DNA of 64,000 nucleotides from Puia sp. (GCA_035492545.1 DATJJD010000146.1:26866-90865); one strand, 5' to 3'; shown: positions 45,547 to 56,419, numbered from the stretch's first letter. The notes: generated from the sequence alone by a model not told the origin. Numbers and translations are program-made.

Positions 45547-46689
45547 ATGTACACCCTCAAAAACAAAAAAATAGCCATCGTGGGCGGAGGCCCGGGTGGC
45601 CTGACCCTGGCCCGGCTCCTGCAAATGAAGGGCGTCGAGGTAAAAGTGTATGAAAGAGATATCAACAAATACGCCCGAATGCAGGGGGCAACCCTGGACC
45701 TGCATGAAGAGTCGGGACTGGCAGCACTGCAGGAGGCCGGACTAATGCCGGCGTTCAAAGCTAACTACCGCCCGGGTGCAGAGCGGTTGTGTATTATGGA
45801 TAATCACGCCAGGGTTGTGTTTAAAGAGGAGCCGGCCCTGGAAGAAGACATCTCCCGGCCGGAGATCGACCGCGGTCCTTTACAACGGATTTTATTGGAC
45901 TCATTAGAACCCGACACCGTCATGAGGAATAGTCATTTCGAGGCGCTGATACCACAAGGTGATTCCTGGAAATTGACTTTTAAGAACGGCGTCGCAGCCC
46001 TGGCCGACATCGTAATTGCCGCGGACGGGGCAAGATCGAAGGTTCGTCCCTACATCACGCCAATCAAACCTTTCTACACGGGAATGACTGCCCTGGAAGG
46101 AACCGTTTATCATGCTGCCACAGCCAGCCCGGGGATCCATAAGCTATTAGACGGCGGAAAAATATTTGCCATGGATAATGAAAGGTCTTTAATCGTCAGC
46201 TCGAAAGGCGATGGCAGCCTGGTGTTTTATACTTGTTGTAAAACGGACGAATCGTGGAACCGCGGAATAGGCATCGATTTTTCTGATAAGGCCCAGGTGC
46301 TGGATTGGTTTAAAGCTGAATTTGCAGGCTGGGATCATCTATTCCAGGAATTATTGGAAAATGTGACCACCCCTTTTGTGCCTCGTCCACTTTATTGCAT
46401 GCCTTTGGACCAGACCTGGCAACCCCTGAAAAACTTAACCATGCTGGGGGATGCGGCCCACCTGATGCCCCCGTTTGCAGGGGAAGGGGTAAATATGGCT
46501 ATGCTGGATGCTTTGGAATTAAGTAAATGTCTTACCAGTGAAGACTATCCCGGCATACAGGAAGCCATTGCAGCCTATGAAGCATCAATGCGCCAAAGAG
46601 CCGCCCGGGCTGCATTGGAATCGATGGAGTCGATGAAAGCGTTGCACGCTCCCGGCGCCATCGACTTTCTTTTGGGAGTTGTTAGTTGA
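45547..46689 (+). CDS. FAD-dependent monooxygenase, Tet(X)-like family
   Basis: IAIVGGGPGGLTLA, R..GATLDLH..SG, PEIDRG, ADGARS, LGDAAHLMPPFAGEGVN. Start set at ATG 45547. Confidence 0.85.
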   Translation: MYTLKNKKIAIVGGGPGGLTLARLLQMKGVEVKVYERDINKYARMQGATLDLHEESGLAALQEAGLMPAFKANYRPGAERLCIMDNHARVVFKEEPALEEDISRPEIDRGPLQRILLDSLEPDTVMRNSHFEALIPQGDSWKLTFKNGVAALADIVIAADGARSKVRPYITPIKPFYTGMTALEGTVYHAATASPGIHKLLDGGKIFAMDNERSLIVSSKGDGSLVFYTCCKTDESWNRGIGIDFSDKAQVLDWFKAEFAGWDHLFQELLENVTTPFVPRPLYCMPLDQTWQPLKNLTMLGDAAHLMPPFAGEGVNMAMLDALELSKCLTSEDYPGIQEAIAAYEASMRQRAARAALESMESMKALHAPGAIDFLLGVVS

Positions 46690-46828
46690 TGGTGTGGAAG
46701 CTCCGGCATAGTCCGCAGCCGCTGAAGCTGCCGCCTGCAGCGGTTAAAGCTATTGAAGGTGAAGAAACTGGAGAATGAGGTATTGTGGTTGAGATATAAG
46801 GTGGAGAATTGAGCGTGAAAGCCTGCAC

Positions 46829-47308
46829 TTAACGCGAAGACCAAAGAAACACCTCATAATCCATCGCGGGGATGTTATCAACGACACCAAGATGGCGACA
46901 CATTGTAACGATCTGGCCCCGATGATAAGAATTATGATTGATCATATGCAAGATAAATTCGTACCGGCTTTGAACCATATCCGTCGAGGCTACCTTCTCC
47001 AGCAACTCTTCCTCCGTATAGGCCCCGAATGTATCTATCATCAGCCTCGAACCCGTCAGCAACAGGCTGAAACTAAGTGCAGCGGCATCTGTTTCATCGG
47101 GCAAGGCCAGACCCTTCTGCGTTATGATGCCCAGCCAGAACTGCTGTGATTGTTGCATATGTTGGACGGTGAGCTCTACGCTGGCAAAACTGGAAGTTGT
47201 TTGCTTATAAAGCAGCGCCTTATCCAAACTCATTAGCCAGCAGCTCAATTTCTCATTTGCCCAATGATTGTAGTTGACATAGCTTAAAATTACTTTTTTA
47301 ATGCTCAT
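46829..47308 (-). CDS. DinB family protein
   Basis: YNHWAN, H near the N-terminus, and HMINHNSYHRGQI. Confidence 0.85.
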   Translation of the reverse strand: MSIKKVILSYVNYNHWANEKLSCWLMSLDKALLYKQTTSSFASVELTVQHMQQSQQFWLGIITQKGLALPDETDAAALSFSLLLTGSRLMIDTFGAYTEEELLEKVASTDMVQSRYEFILHMINHNSYHRGQIVTMCRHLGVVDNIPAMDYEVFLWSSR

Positions 47309-47468
47309 ATGCGAACATAAACCTTTATTTCATCTCCAACACCGTCACATGCGCCCCCACGGCCTTCCACACCCCTTTCCTCTTCACATAAAGATCCAAG
47401 TAGCAATTTCCGTAGAGCCGACATTATGGATGACATCCATCCGGATTAGCTCATAAAGGATTATTTTT

Positions 47469-49742
47469 TCAATACTGATTCGCCCGGGCTTTCGCACTGG
47501 TATCGATATATTGATTGGCATTCCCATTCCCCTGATCGGTCCCTTCTGCGCCGGGAGGTGGTACTTTTTCGATGAGGTTCTGGTAGTCGTACATTTCTCC
47601 GGGTTTCACACTGTCCGGCACGGCGAAGCGGGCCTTTCTATCCAGCCCCAATGTTGGGTCCGCAAGGGCCTTGCTAAAGAAATATTCCCAGACGGGTCGG
47701 GCCGCCTGTGCGCCAAGGCTCCCTCCGCTGTTCAGGTGGATGAAGCGGTCGTCGTTACCTACCCACACACCCGCGGCCAACTGTGGGGTATAACCCATAA
47801 ACCAGGCATCGGAATTATCATTGGTGGTTCCCGTCTTGCCGCCCATCTCGGCTACGCCCAGTCGCTGGCGCAGCCCGGCGGCGGTACCGAAGTCCACGGG
47901 TCCCTGCATCATCCGGGCCATGGTATAAGCGGTGGATTGGCTGATGACCTCTTTATGTTCGGTGGTAAATCTAGCCAGCACATTCCCATGTTTGTCCTCG
48001 ATCCGGGTCATATAAATAGGTTGGGTGCTGAATCCCCCGGAAGGGAAGATGGAATACCCCCATAACATTTCATAGAGGGACAGCTCGCAGGCCCCCAGCG
48101 CCAACGAGGGATAAGGTTCCACGGCCGTGGGGATGTTGATCTGGTGAATGAATTCGGCAAACCGTTTGGGGCCTTGTGGACCAAACGATTTCATGATATA
48201 GGCAGCTACCTCGTTGACGGACCAGGCCAGCCCGTCGGCCATGCTGCGGGTCCCGGGTCTCGTCTTATGGACACGGGCCGGTACATAGGCATTGTATTCC
48301 GGGAAATATTGCTGTACTTGTTCGCACTGCGTCTCGGGGGTGAAATTGAAATCCTCTATCGCCAGTCCATAGAGGAATGGTTTGATGGTACTGCCCACCT
48401 GCCGTTTCGTATTGATATTGACATGATCGAACTTGTAGGTCCTGGGGTCGATGCCGCCGACCCATGCTTTTACCACCCCGGTAATAGGGTCCATCACCAT
48501 AAAACCCGTCTGTAACATCTGCCGGTTGTACTTGATAGAGTCCAAGGGCGTCATCACGGTATCTTTTTCATGAGCTGCATTCCAGGCAAATACTTTCATG
48601 GGCACCGGTACATGAAAGCTGTTGCGGATAGCTGCCTCGGGTACGCCATCATCTTCTTCATTTTGCCAGCGGTCGCTATTACGCATAGCGGCTTCCAGGA
48701 TATTGAGGTGCCCCTTCCAGACGGCGCCATTAGCGATCTCCGGCTGGGCATCCAGCACCTTCTGCAGCATCGGCATGCCACGGGCGACGGCTGAGTCGGC
48801 GTAGGCCTGCATATGGGGATTGATGGTCGTATAGATCTTCAGCCCATCCTGGTAGAGGTTAAAAGGTTTGCCGGTGGCGGGATTGGTATGTTCCTTACAC
48901 CATTTCTTCAGGTCCGACCGTAATACATCGCGGAAATAGGGGGCCACCCCGTTGTTCTCATCCAGCTTGCGATAGTGGCTAAGGTCGATGGGCTTTTGTT
49001 TCAGGCTGATGGCGTCCGCGTCGCTGATAAAACGATTGGTGGCCATCCGGCTGAGGACAAGATTCCGTCTTTCCAGGGCCTGTTTGGGGTTGGTGCGGGG
49101 ATTGAAGACCCGGGGATTGTTCACCATGCCTACCAGTACGGCAGCTTCATCCACGGAGAGGTCAGCCGGCTCCTTCTGGAAAAAAGTACGGGCGGCGTTG
49201 CGGATGCCATATACGTTGTCGCTAAAAGAGACGTCATTGAGATAGAGGGTGAGGATCTCTTCCTTGGTGAAATTGCGTTCCAGCTCGATGGCGATGATCC
49301 ATTCTTTTAACTTCTGAAGGACCCGGCGCACCCGGCTATGCGATCTTTCCCCATTGAACATGTTCAGGGCCAGCTGCTGGGTAATGGTGCTGCCACCGCC
49401 GTCTCTGCCCAGCTTTACCACGGCCCTCAATACCCCTTTCGCGTCGATGCCGGAGTGATCGTAAAACCGCTCGTCTTCCGTTGCCACCAGGGCATGGATC
49501 ACATTGGGGGAGATGGCGGCATAATCCACATGGTTACGATTGCCTTTATCCGTATAATATTTCCCCATCAGGCTGCCATCGTCGGCATAGACCTCGGAGG
49601 CCAGCAGTAGAGAAGGATTTTCCAACTCGTGCAGGGAGGGTAGTTTGCCAAAAACCCCCGTTCCAACCAGCACGATCAGCAGCACAAAGGCGGCCAGTCC
49701 GCTAAAAAAGGTGATCCAGAAGATACGTTTAGCTATACGCAT
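47469..49742 (-). CDS. Class A penicillin-binding protein (PBP1A-like transglycosylase/transpeptidase)
   Basis: GT51 motifs EDERFYDHSG and GGSTITQQL; transpeptidase motifs STIK, SVN, KTGT. Confidence 0.93.
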   Translation of the reverse strand: MRIAKRIFWITFFSGLAAFVLLIVLVGTGVFGKLPSLHELENPSLLLASEVYADDGSLMGKYYTDKGNRNHVDYAAISPNVIHALVATEDERFYDHSGIDAKGVLRAVVKLGRDGGGSTITQQLALNMFNGERSHSRVRRVLQKLKEWIIAIELERNFTKEEILTLYLNDVSFSDNVYGIRNAARTFFQKEPADLSVDEAAVLVGMVNNPRVFNPRTNPKQALERRNLVLSRMATNRFISDADAISLKQKPIDLSHYRKLDENNGVAPYFRDVLRSDLKKWCKEHTNPATGKPFNLYQDGLKIYTTINPHMQAYADSAVARGMPMLQKVLDAQPEIANGAVWKGHLNILEAAMRNSDRWQNEEDDGVPEAAIRNSFHVPVPMKVFAWNAAHEKDTVMTPLDSIKYNRQMLQTGFMVMDPITGVVKAWVGGIDPRTYKFDHVNINTKRQVGSTIKPFLYGLAIEDFNFTPETQCEQVQQYFPEYNAYVPARVHKTRPGTRSMADGLAWSVNEVAAYIMKSFGPQGPKRFAEFIHQINIPTAVEPYPSLALGACELSLYEMLWGYSIFPSGGFSTQPIYMTRIEDKHGNVLARFTTEHKEVISQSTAYTMARMMQGPVDFGTAAGLRQRLGVAEMGGKTGTTNDNSDAWFMGYTPQLAAGVWVGNDDRFIHLNSGGSLGAQAARPVWEYFFSKALADPTLGLDRKARFAVPDSVKPGEMYDYQNLIEKVPPPGAEGTDQGNGNANQYIDTSAKARANQY

Positions 49743-49863
49743 AGTTCTAAGTAACGCGAAAAACCCTTAATTAGCGCAAAAAGATCGTTAATTCTGCCAA
49801 AAAATGTGCTGAAAATCCGCCGGCTATCCAGGCAGGGGAATGGCTTCAGGGCTTCATGCCCGG

Positions 49864-50589
49864 CTAAAATATCTTCTGCCGGATGCTGTTCATAAAAGGC
49901 TCCCGGAATTTTTCGCTGATGGGGATCTGTTTGTTGCCGATAAAAATATGATTGTCCCGGATCGAGTCCACCCGGGCGACATTGACGATATAAGAGTTAT
50001 GCACCCGGACAAAAGCGGGTGACAGCTGCTCCTCGATATCCTTCAGACGGCGATAGATTAATAACTTGTCACCCGCGCTGACCAGCCGGGCATATTCCTT
50101 TTCCCCCTCAAAATAAAGGATGTCCTTCAAAAGGATCTTTTGCAGCACCCGGCCTGATTTGATAAAAAAGTATTCTTCGGCAGCGGCTGTAGGGACGGCC
50201 GGACGATCCGCGGAGTGCGGGGCTTCCGGCGCGGCAAAATGGGACTCGATCTTTTGCAGGGCGGTATAGAATCTTTTGAGGGTGATGGGCTTCAGCAGGT
50301 AGTCGATGGTCTGGAAATGATAGCTGTCGGCCGCATACTCGGAATAGGCAGTGGTAAAAACAATTTTTGTCTCTGCGGGTAATAAGGAGGCCATCTCCAT
50401 GCCCGTGAGCTGGGGCATATTGATATCCAGGAAAATAAAATCTGCCGAATGCGTCTTCAGGAAGTTAAGGGCTTCCTTGGCATTATAGCATTTGGCGAGT
50501 AATTGCCAGCCCGTATTCTGCTGGATGAACATTTCCAGCAAATTCACCGCATTGGGTTCATCATCGACGATCAGGCAACGGAGGTTCAT
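49864..50589 (-). CDS. LytTR family response regulator
   Basis: IVDDEP, FLDINMP, FTTAYSEYA, DYLLKP; C-terminal RVHNSYIVN. Confidence 0.93.
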   Translation of the reverse strand: MNLRCLIVDDEPNAVNLLEMFIQQNTGWQLLAKCYNAKEALNFLKTHSADFIFLDINMPQLTGMEMASLLPAETKIVFTTAYSEYAADSYHFQTIDYLLKPITLKRFYTALQKIESHFAAPEAPHSADRPAVPTAAAEEYFFIKSGRVLQKILLKDILYFEGEKEYARLVSAGDKLLIYRRLKDIEEQLSPAFVRVHNSYIVNVARVDSIRDNHIFIGNKQIPISEKFREPFMNSIRQKIF

Positions 50590-51605
50590 ATCAGCGGGAT
50601 TTTTAAATGGGCGCGAAAAAATTGATCAGACCGGACGATATTCAGTTCAAAGTTATTGCCATATAGCAAGGTAAGGCGTTTTTGCAGATTTTTTAAACCC
50701 GAGCCTTCTTTGGCAGCATGGGGCGGGGGGTGCTGCAGGGCATTCTCCGTCTGAAAGATCAGCGTTCGCTCCCGTTGGGTCAGGGATAATAGGACGCTGT
50801 TCTCGGTGCCTGATCGGTCGATACCATGTTTGAAAATATTCTCCACAAAGGTCATCAACAGCATCGGAGGGATCGTCGCCTCGCATTCACACTCTTTTGT
50901 AAAAGCCACCTGCACCCCATGGAGGACCCTTATCTTCTCCAGGGCGATATAATTCTCCAGGAACTGTATCTCCGTGGCCAGCGATACTTTTTCTTTGGGA
51001 CTTTCGTCGACAAAATACCGCATGATATCGGAAAGACGGCCGATCAGCAGGGCCGTTCGGGGCGCTTCCCGGAAGGCCTCATAATAGATATTGTTCAGGG
51101 TGTTGAAAAGGAAATGGGGCTGCACCTGGGATTTCAGCAGGTTCAGTTCCGCCACGCTTTTTTGCTCCAGCATCTGTTGGGCCTGCTGTTTCAGCTTAAA
51201 ATAGGCGATGGCGATGCGGAAGATAAAGCTGAGGATAAAGACGACGATGCTGGTCAGCATCACATAGATCACATCCTGGATGGTGAGAGGATGTGGCTTC
51301 TCGGCGAACCATTTGTTGTACACCCATTCTCCGGTGACTGCCTTGATAAAACCGATGGAGGTGATAAAGAAGATGGCGGCTATTACATAGGCCGTTTCCT
51401 TTTTTCGCTCATACAGCAGGGGGAAAAGGAAACTGATATTGCCGTAAATGATCAACGCGTAAAAAAAGGTATTGAGGACCGTATAGATGCTGGCCTGGAG
51501 AAAACCGTCCATCGACAGGTACGAAAAGAAGTTGATGAGGAAGATGACTCCCCAAACAAGGAATTGTAATTGACGCGGAGTGGTCTTCTCTGTAAAAAGG
51601 TTCAT
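50586..51605 (-). CDS. LytS/YehU-type sensor histidine kinase
   Basis: TM segments; LKSQVQPHFLFNTLNNI; IPPMLLMTFVENIFKHG; 4-bp overlap with the response regulator. Confidence 0.92.
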   Translation of the reverse strand: MNLFTEKTTPRQLQFLVWGVIFLINFFSYLSMDGFLQASIYTVLNTFFYALIIYGNISFLFPLLYERKKETAYVIAAIFFITSIGFIKAVTGEWVYNKWFAEKPHPLTIQDVIYVMLTSIVVFILSFIFRIAIAYFKLKQQAQQMLEQKSVAELNLLKSQVQPHFLFNTLNNIYYEAFREAPRTALLIGRLSDIMRYFVDESPKEKVSLATEIQFLENYIALEKIRVLHGVQVAFTKECECEATIPPMLLMTFVENIFKHGIDRSGTENSVLLSLTQRERTLIFQTENALQHPPPHAAKEGSGLKNLQKRLTLLYGNNFELNIVRSDQFFRAHLKIPLI

Positions 51606-51825
51606 CGGCTGGCGGAAATTTTCAACGGCAAATTTACCGGGCTTTTTGCCGGGATCCGGTTTATTTTCAACGTTTGCCTGACTGTATTCAATGATCTGGT
51701 GATTGAAAATACATTCTTTTTGGTTAAAAGGGACCCGTCAATGATTGAATTCATTTCCCCGCTGCCGGCGGGAGTTGGAATTTTAAGGCCAATGCCGCAA
51801 TTCATATCACCTTAAAAAGCTATCT

Positions 51826-52716
51826 ATGCGAACGATTACCATCACACTTCTATTAATCCATTTGTTACTGGCCGCTATAAGCCGGGCGCAGAGCGTCCCC
51901 GAAGCGGACCAAGGGTCCACCGGCAGAAGGCCCATCATTACCGTCGGGGACAGCAGGGACAAATTTGATACGATCCCTGCTGTTCCCGACACCATCCGTC
52001 CCGGCAAGGGACATCTGCTCACCCAGGTCCTGCAACCGGGTCTGCGTCAATACCTGGTCTATTTCGTGAACCCCAGGAATAGCCGGCAGCTGGGCTTCTG
52101 GTACTGGCTGCGCGACATCGCCGTGGAAGACCACCAGGGCGTCCGGTCCTTTGCCATCACCCAGCATTGGTATGGCAGCGACACGGCCTCTTACCGGGCG
52201 GTATATTCGCTGAATGCCGTCGCTGATTTTGCGCCTGTCTATCATAAGGAGACGGTAAGAGGGCTCACCAGCGCTTATAACTGGAATGGCAGTAGTATTA
52301 CCGGGGCGGACAGTGTGGCCGGCAATAACCGGAAGGGTTTCAGCCTGAAGTTTGACGAGCCTAACCTGAACTGGAACCTGGACATCGAGACCTTCGAGAT
52401 GTTACCCCTGGCCGCGGGCAAGTCTTTCCTGATCAATTTTTACGATGCCGGCCTGGATCCCCCCAAATACGTATTATATAGTGTGACAGGCAGCGAGGAG
52501 CTGATACTGATGAATGGAGAAAAGACGGACTGCTGGAAATTATATACCGCCGGCGCGGATCCTAAAGGCAATGCCTATTCTGAGACCTACTGGATCAGCA
52601 AGAAAACCCACGAGTTCCTGAAAGAGGAGGATTCCTTTAGCGGCATCTTCCGGTATAAGATCAAAATGCCCGGGTCGGCGCCTGACCTGCTGCAAAAATT
52701 CGCCAGGGCAAATTAG
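51826..52716 (+). CDS. Secreted hypothetical protein (DUF3108-like)
   Basis: Signal peptide; beta-rich body with LEMLPL-like FEMLPLAAGKSF..F and YWISKKTH. Confidence 0.45.
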   Translation: MRTITITLLLIHLLLAAISRAQSVPEADQGSTGRRPIITVGDSRDKFDTIPAVPDTIRPGKGHLLTQVLQPGLRQYLVYFVNPRNSRQLGFWYWLRDIAVEDHQGVRSFAITQHWYGSDTASYRAVYSLNAVADFAPVYHKETVRGLTSAYNWNGSSITGADSVAGNNRKGFSLKFDEPNLNWNLDIETFEMLPLAAGKSFLINFYDAGLDPPKYVLYSVTGSEELILMNGEKTDCWKLYTAGADPKGNAYSETYWISKKTHEFLKEEDSFSGIFRYKIKMPGSAPDLLQKFARAN

Positions 52717-53010
52717 CCAACTGCCTATGGACTTGTTGGGCATCCGGCTTGCCGGGCGGTCCTCCAGTAGCCCCTGGCAATGAATATTTTGCAATTTGAC
52801 CCCCTGTTTTATAAAAAATTAATAAAAATTTTTTGAGCCTTTTTTGACCCCTTCCGGTATAATGCATTTAAAATGAGTGTCATAAAGACGGGTTTTTATT
52901 ACATATAAATATGTATAATATGTTTTATAAATTCTTTTTTATATTTTTTTTATAACTTTCGGTCTGGTTCTAATGCATTAATGTTTTTAATAACATGAAA
53001 TCATCGAATT

Positions 53011-54399
53011 ATGAGAAAAATCACTCCTAAAAGTTACTTGCCTTTTCTGGCCCTCGTTGCGGTGGCCATTGCCGCCCTCTTTATCCCTACGTTACCCGTG
53101 TTTGACGACGGGAAATACAGCGCGGCAGATACTACCTGGATCCTGGTCGCGACGGCCCTGGTATTTATTATGACGCCCGCTCTCGGATTCTTTTACGGGG
53201 GTATGGTAAATCGTAAGAATGTACTTTCCACCATGATGAAAAGTGTGGTGGCTGCAGGCGTAGTAGGAGTATTGTGGATCGTGGTAGGGTATAGCCTTTG
53301 TTTTGGCCAATCCATCGGTGGGGTCATCGGAAGCCCCTCCTCCCATTTATTTTATAAAGACGTATTGTCAGGTCAGCCCTGGGTAGGGGCGCCGACCATT
53401 CCCAAAGCGTTGTTTTCCATGTTCCAGCTGATGTTCGCCATCATCACCCCGGGATTGGTGGTGGGCGCTATCGCCGAGCGTATGCGCTTCTCCGCTTATG
53501 TCCTCTTCACGGTGCTGTTCAGCCTCCTGGTGTATGCTCCGCTGGCGCACTGGAGCTGGCACCCGGATGGTTTCCTCGCCAAGATGGGCGCCCTGGATTT
53601 CGCTGGCGGAACGGTGGTTCACATCTCTGCCGGTTGTGCAGCCCTGGCGGGCGCCCTGGTCCTCAAACGCAGAAGGTCTCATATCCAAAAGCTGGAGACC
53701 AAACCCGCTAATATTCCCTATGTGCTCATCGGCACGGGTCTGCTCTGGTTTGGATGGTTTGGCTTTAATGCCGGCTCCGCCCTGGCGGCCAATACCCTGG
53801 CGGTCTCCGCTTTCTCCACGACCAATACCGCTGCTGCGGCTGCAGGTCTTTCCTGGATGTTCTTCGACGTGCTGAGGGGTAAGAAACCTTCCGTGGTAGG
53901 ATTTTGTGTGGGGGCTGTCGTAGGCCTGGTGGCTATCACACCGGCAGCCGGGTTTGTAGCCGTGCCACAGAGTATCTTTATCGGGGTGGTCGCTGCCATC
54001 ATTTCCAACCTGGCCGTACATTTCAAGGCTACCAGGACGGTATTGGACGACACCCTGGACGTATTCCCCTGCCACGGCATCGGAGGCATGGTCGGTATGC
54101 TGATGACGGGTGTTTTTGCCACGGTAGCCGTTAATAAGGCCGGCAATAATGGCTGGGCTTATGGCAATTCAGCCTTCTTCTTCACCCAGTTAAAAGCAAT
54201 GGCCATTGCCGTCGGATATAGCTTTGCCGCTTCCTGGATCATCTTCAAATTCATCAACTTCATCGTACCGATCCGCGTTAGCCATGAAGAAGAGGACGAA
54301 GGCCTGGATGCCAGCCAGCATGATGAGAAATATGTACAGGGCACCCTGCTGGTAGCTACGCCGAATGGGCTGAAAGAGCAGGAGATAGAACACATATAG
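53011..54399 (+). CDS. amt: Ammonium transporter
   Basis: MTPALGFFYGG, FQLMFAIITPGL, DFAGGTVVH, LWFGWFGFNAGS, GLVAITP, DDTLDVFPCHGIGG. Confidence 0.96.
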   Translation: MRKITPKSYLPFLALVAVAIAALFIPTLPVFDDGKYSAADTTWILVATALVFIMTPALGFFYGGMVNRKNVLSTMMKSVVAAGVVGVLWIVVGYSLCFGQSIGGVIGSPSSHLFYKDVLSGQPWVGAPTIPKALFSMFQLMFAIITPGLVVGAIAERMRFSAYVLFTVLFSLLVYAPLAHWSWHPDGFLAKMGALDFAGGTVVHISAGCAALAGALVLKRRRSHIQKLETKPANIPYVLIGTGLLWFGWFGFNAGSALAANTLAVSAFSTTNTAAAAAGLSWMFFDVLRGKKPSVVGFCVGAVVGLVAITPAAGFVAVPQSIFIGVVAAIISNLAVHFKATRTVLDDTLDVFPCHGIGGMVGMLMTGVFATVAVNKAGNNGWAYGNSAFFFTQLKAMAIAVGYSFAASWIIFKFINFIVPIRVSHEEEDEGLDASQHDEKYVQGTLLVATPNGLKEQEIEHI

Positions 54400-54427
54400 T
54401 TTATTTTAAATTTTCAATATGAAAAAG

Positions 54428-54458
54428 GAAAAAGGGGCAATTCGCCCCTTTTTCTCTT
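54428..54458 (+). terminator. Intrinsic terminator after amt
   Basis: GAAAAAGGGGC-AATTC-GCCCCTTTTTC, an 11-bp perfect stem. Confidence 0.85.
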
Positions 54459-54559
54459 TATAATATGTATTAAAGATAATTTTATGTGTCAAAATATGCT
54501 GGAATTTTCATTTTGAAAAAATAAATTTTATACATTACACGTATAGAATTAATTCGAAT

Positions 54560-55663
54560 ATGGCTGACGCCTTCTTCTCATCCTTCACGGCCAATAACCG
54601 GATCGGGCCGCCTTACCAGTACCTCATCAGCCTCCTGCTGGTTTCGCTGGTATCGGCCATCTGCTTCCTCTTCTCAGCCTATATCCGGGCAGAAGTGGTC
54701 GCCTTCATCCTGCTGCTGACCCTCTCCCTCATCGCCATGTCCTTTACCATCCTGCCCGTATTGCTGACAGCCCTGCTCAGCGCCCTGATCTGGGACTTCT
54801 TCTTTATAGGCCCCCGCTATAACTTCCGGGTGGGCAACACCGAAGATAAGATCCTGCTGTCCATGTATTTTGTCATCGCCCTGGTGAATGCCGTACTCAC
54901 CTTTAAAATAAGACAGATCGAAAAAGTCGCCCGCCGCAAAGAAGAAAAAGCCCAGACACTGAAACTGTACAACACCCTCCTGAATTCCCTCTCGCACGAA
55001 TTCAGGACCCCCCTGGCCACCATCATAGGGGCTACGGATAACCTGCTCCAGGAGCCCTCCCGGCTCTCACCCGGCGACCATAAAAAACTGCTCTCCGAGA
55101 TCTCCGTAGCTTCCCTCCGGCTGAACCGGCAAGTAGAGAACCTGCTGAATATGTCCCGGCTGGAATCCGGCTTCATCCAACCCAAAAAAGACTGGCATGA
55201 TGTACAGGAACTGACCGTCTCTATTATCCATCAGCTGGATGAACAGCTGGCCCAACGTCCGGTAGAGATCGATATAAAAGAAGACCTTCCCCTGGTGAGA
55301 CTGGACTACGGTCTGATGGAACAGGTATTATACAACCTCATTTATAACGCTGCCCTGTATACGCCTGAAAAGTCCCCCATCCGTATCAGCGCCCGGTGCC
55401 CGGACGAGAACCTCCAGATTGTCGTAGAAGACGAAGGCCCCGGCTTCCCGGAAGGAGAGATCAAAAAGGTCTTTGATAAATTCTACCGGCTGACACTTCC
55501 TCCGGTGGGGCATACCCAGGGGTCAGGCCTGGGATTGTCTATCGTAAAAGGGTTCGTGGAAGCGCATAACGGAACGGTGGAATTGATGAACAGGCTCACG
55601 GGTGGGGCCCGTTTTGTCATCAGCCTGCCGGTCGAAAATTTTTCTAAACTAACAGGCTCTTAA
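54560..55663 (+). CDS. KdpD-like sensor histidine kinase (DUF4118 TM domain, HisKA and HATPase only)
   Basis: ALIWDFFFIGPRY (DUF4118-like), LLNSLSHEFRTPL, LDYGLMEQVLYNL, GSGLGLSIV. No N-terminal KdpD or Usp domain. Confidence 0.85.
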   Translation: MADAFFSSFTANNRIGPPYQYLISLLLVSLVSAICFLFSAYIRAEVVAFILLLTLSLIAMSFTILPVLLTALLSALIWDFFFIGPRYNFRVGNTEDKILLSMYFVIALVNAVLTFKIRQIEKVARRKEEKAQTLKLYNTLLNSLSHEFRTPLATIIGATDNLLQEPSRLSPGDHKKLLSEISVASLRLNRQVENLLNMSRLESGFIQPKKDWHDVQELTVSIIHQLDEQLAQRPVEIDIKEDLPLVRLDYGLMEQVLYNLIYNAALYTPEKSPIRISARCPDENLQIVVEDEGPGFPEGEIKKVFDKFYRLTLPPVGHTQGSGLGLSIVKGFVEAHNGTVELMNRLTGGARFVISLPVENFSKLTGS

Positions 55664-55673
55664 CCCTTATATT

Positions 55674-56354
55674 ATGGGAATCTTGGTCATAGACGATGAA
55701 GCTCCGATCCGCAAACTGCTGGAGATCACCCTGCAATCCAACGGGTATTCCGTCGAACAGGCAGCCACGGCCAGAGAAGGGTTGCGGAAGACCGTCACGT
55801 TGAGCCCGGACCTCATCATCCTGGACCTGGGCTTGCCGGATGAGAATGGGCATAATACACTCAAGAAAATGCGCGAATGGTATGACCGGCCCGTTATCAT
55901 CCTTTCCGTGCAGCATAGCGAAGAGGACATCATAACGGCCCTGGATAATGGCGCCAACGACTACCTGGTAAAACCTTTCCGCACGGGAGAATTGCTGGCC
56001 AGGATCCGTTCCGCCCTCCGCAGCGCCGTGGTGGAAGAGAATGAGCCCGTCATCCGTCTGAATGGACTGGAGATCGACCTCTCCGCCAGGGTGGTAAAAA
56101 AAGACAATGAGCCGCTGCGATTGACGGCTACCCAATACTCCCTGCTGGCGCTTTTTGGTAAAAATGCAGGGAAGGTGCTCACCCATCAATACCTGCTCAG
56201 GGAGATCTGGGGAGAGAGCTATACCGACCAACTACAATACCTGCGCGTTTTTATCGCACAACTACGCAAAAAGATCGAGAAGGACGTCAATTACCCGGAA
56301 CACATCATCACCGAATCCGGGGTAGGGTACCGGTTTGTGGCCGGAGAATCCTAA
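55674..56354 (+). CDS. KdpE-like OmpR-family response regulator
   Basis: LDLGLPD, ALDNGANDYLVKPF, GKVLTHQYLLREIWG, YLRVFIAQLRKK, TESGVGYRF. Confidence 0.88.
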   Translation: MGILVIDDEAPIRKLLEITLQSNGYSVEQAATAREGLRKTVTLSPDLIILDLGLPDENGHNTLKKMREWYDRPVIILSVQHSEEDIITALDNGANDYLVKPFRTGELLARIRSALRSAVVEENEPVIRLNGLEIDLSARVVKKDNEPLRLTATQYSLLALFGKNAGKVLTHQYLLREIWGESYTDQLQYLRVFIAQLRKKIEKDVNYPEHIITESGVGYRFVAGES

Positions 56355-56419
56355 AAGTGCGGAAATTTTATACCAATTATCCGTTACCGCGATTATCTTT
56401 ACGCCCTCATTTTAGCCTT

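Noticed and set aside
51740-51810. LytTR direct-repeat site (AATTCAT copies) upstream of the DUF3108-like gene
   Set aside because: The two exact copies are 51 bp apart and the intermediate match is poor, so it does not fit the usual 21-bp period convincingly.
54400-54559. kdpF-like small ORF before the KdpD-like kinase
   Set aside because: Only a 14-codon non-hydrophobic ORF overlapping the amt terminator is present.
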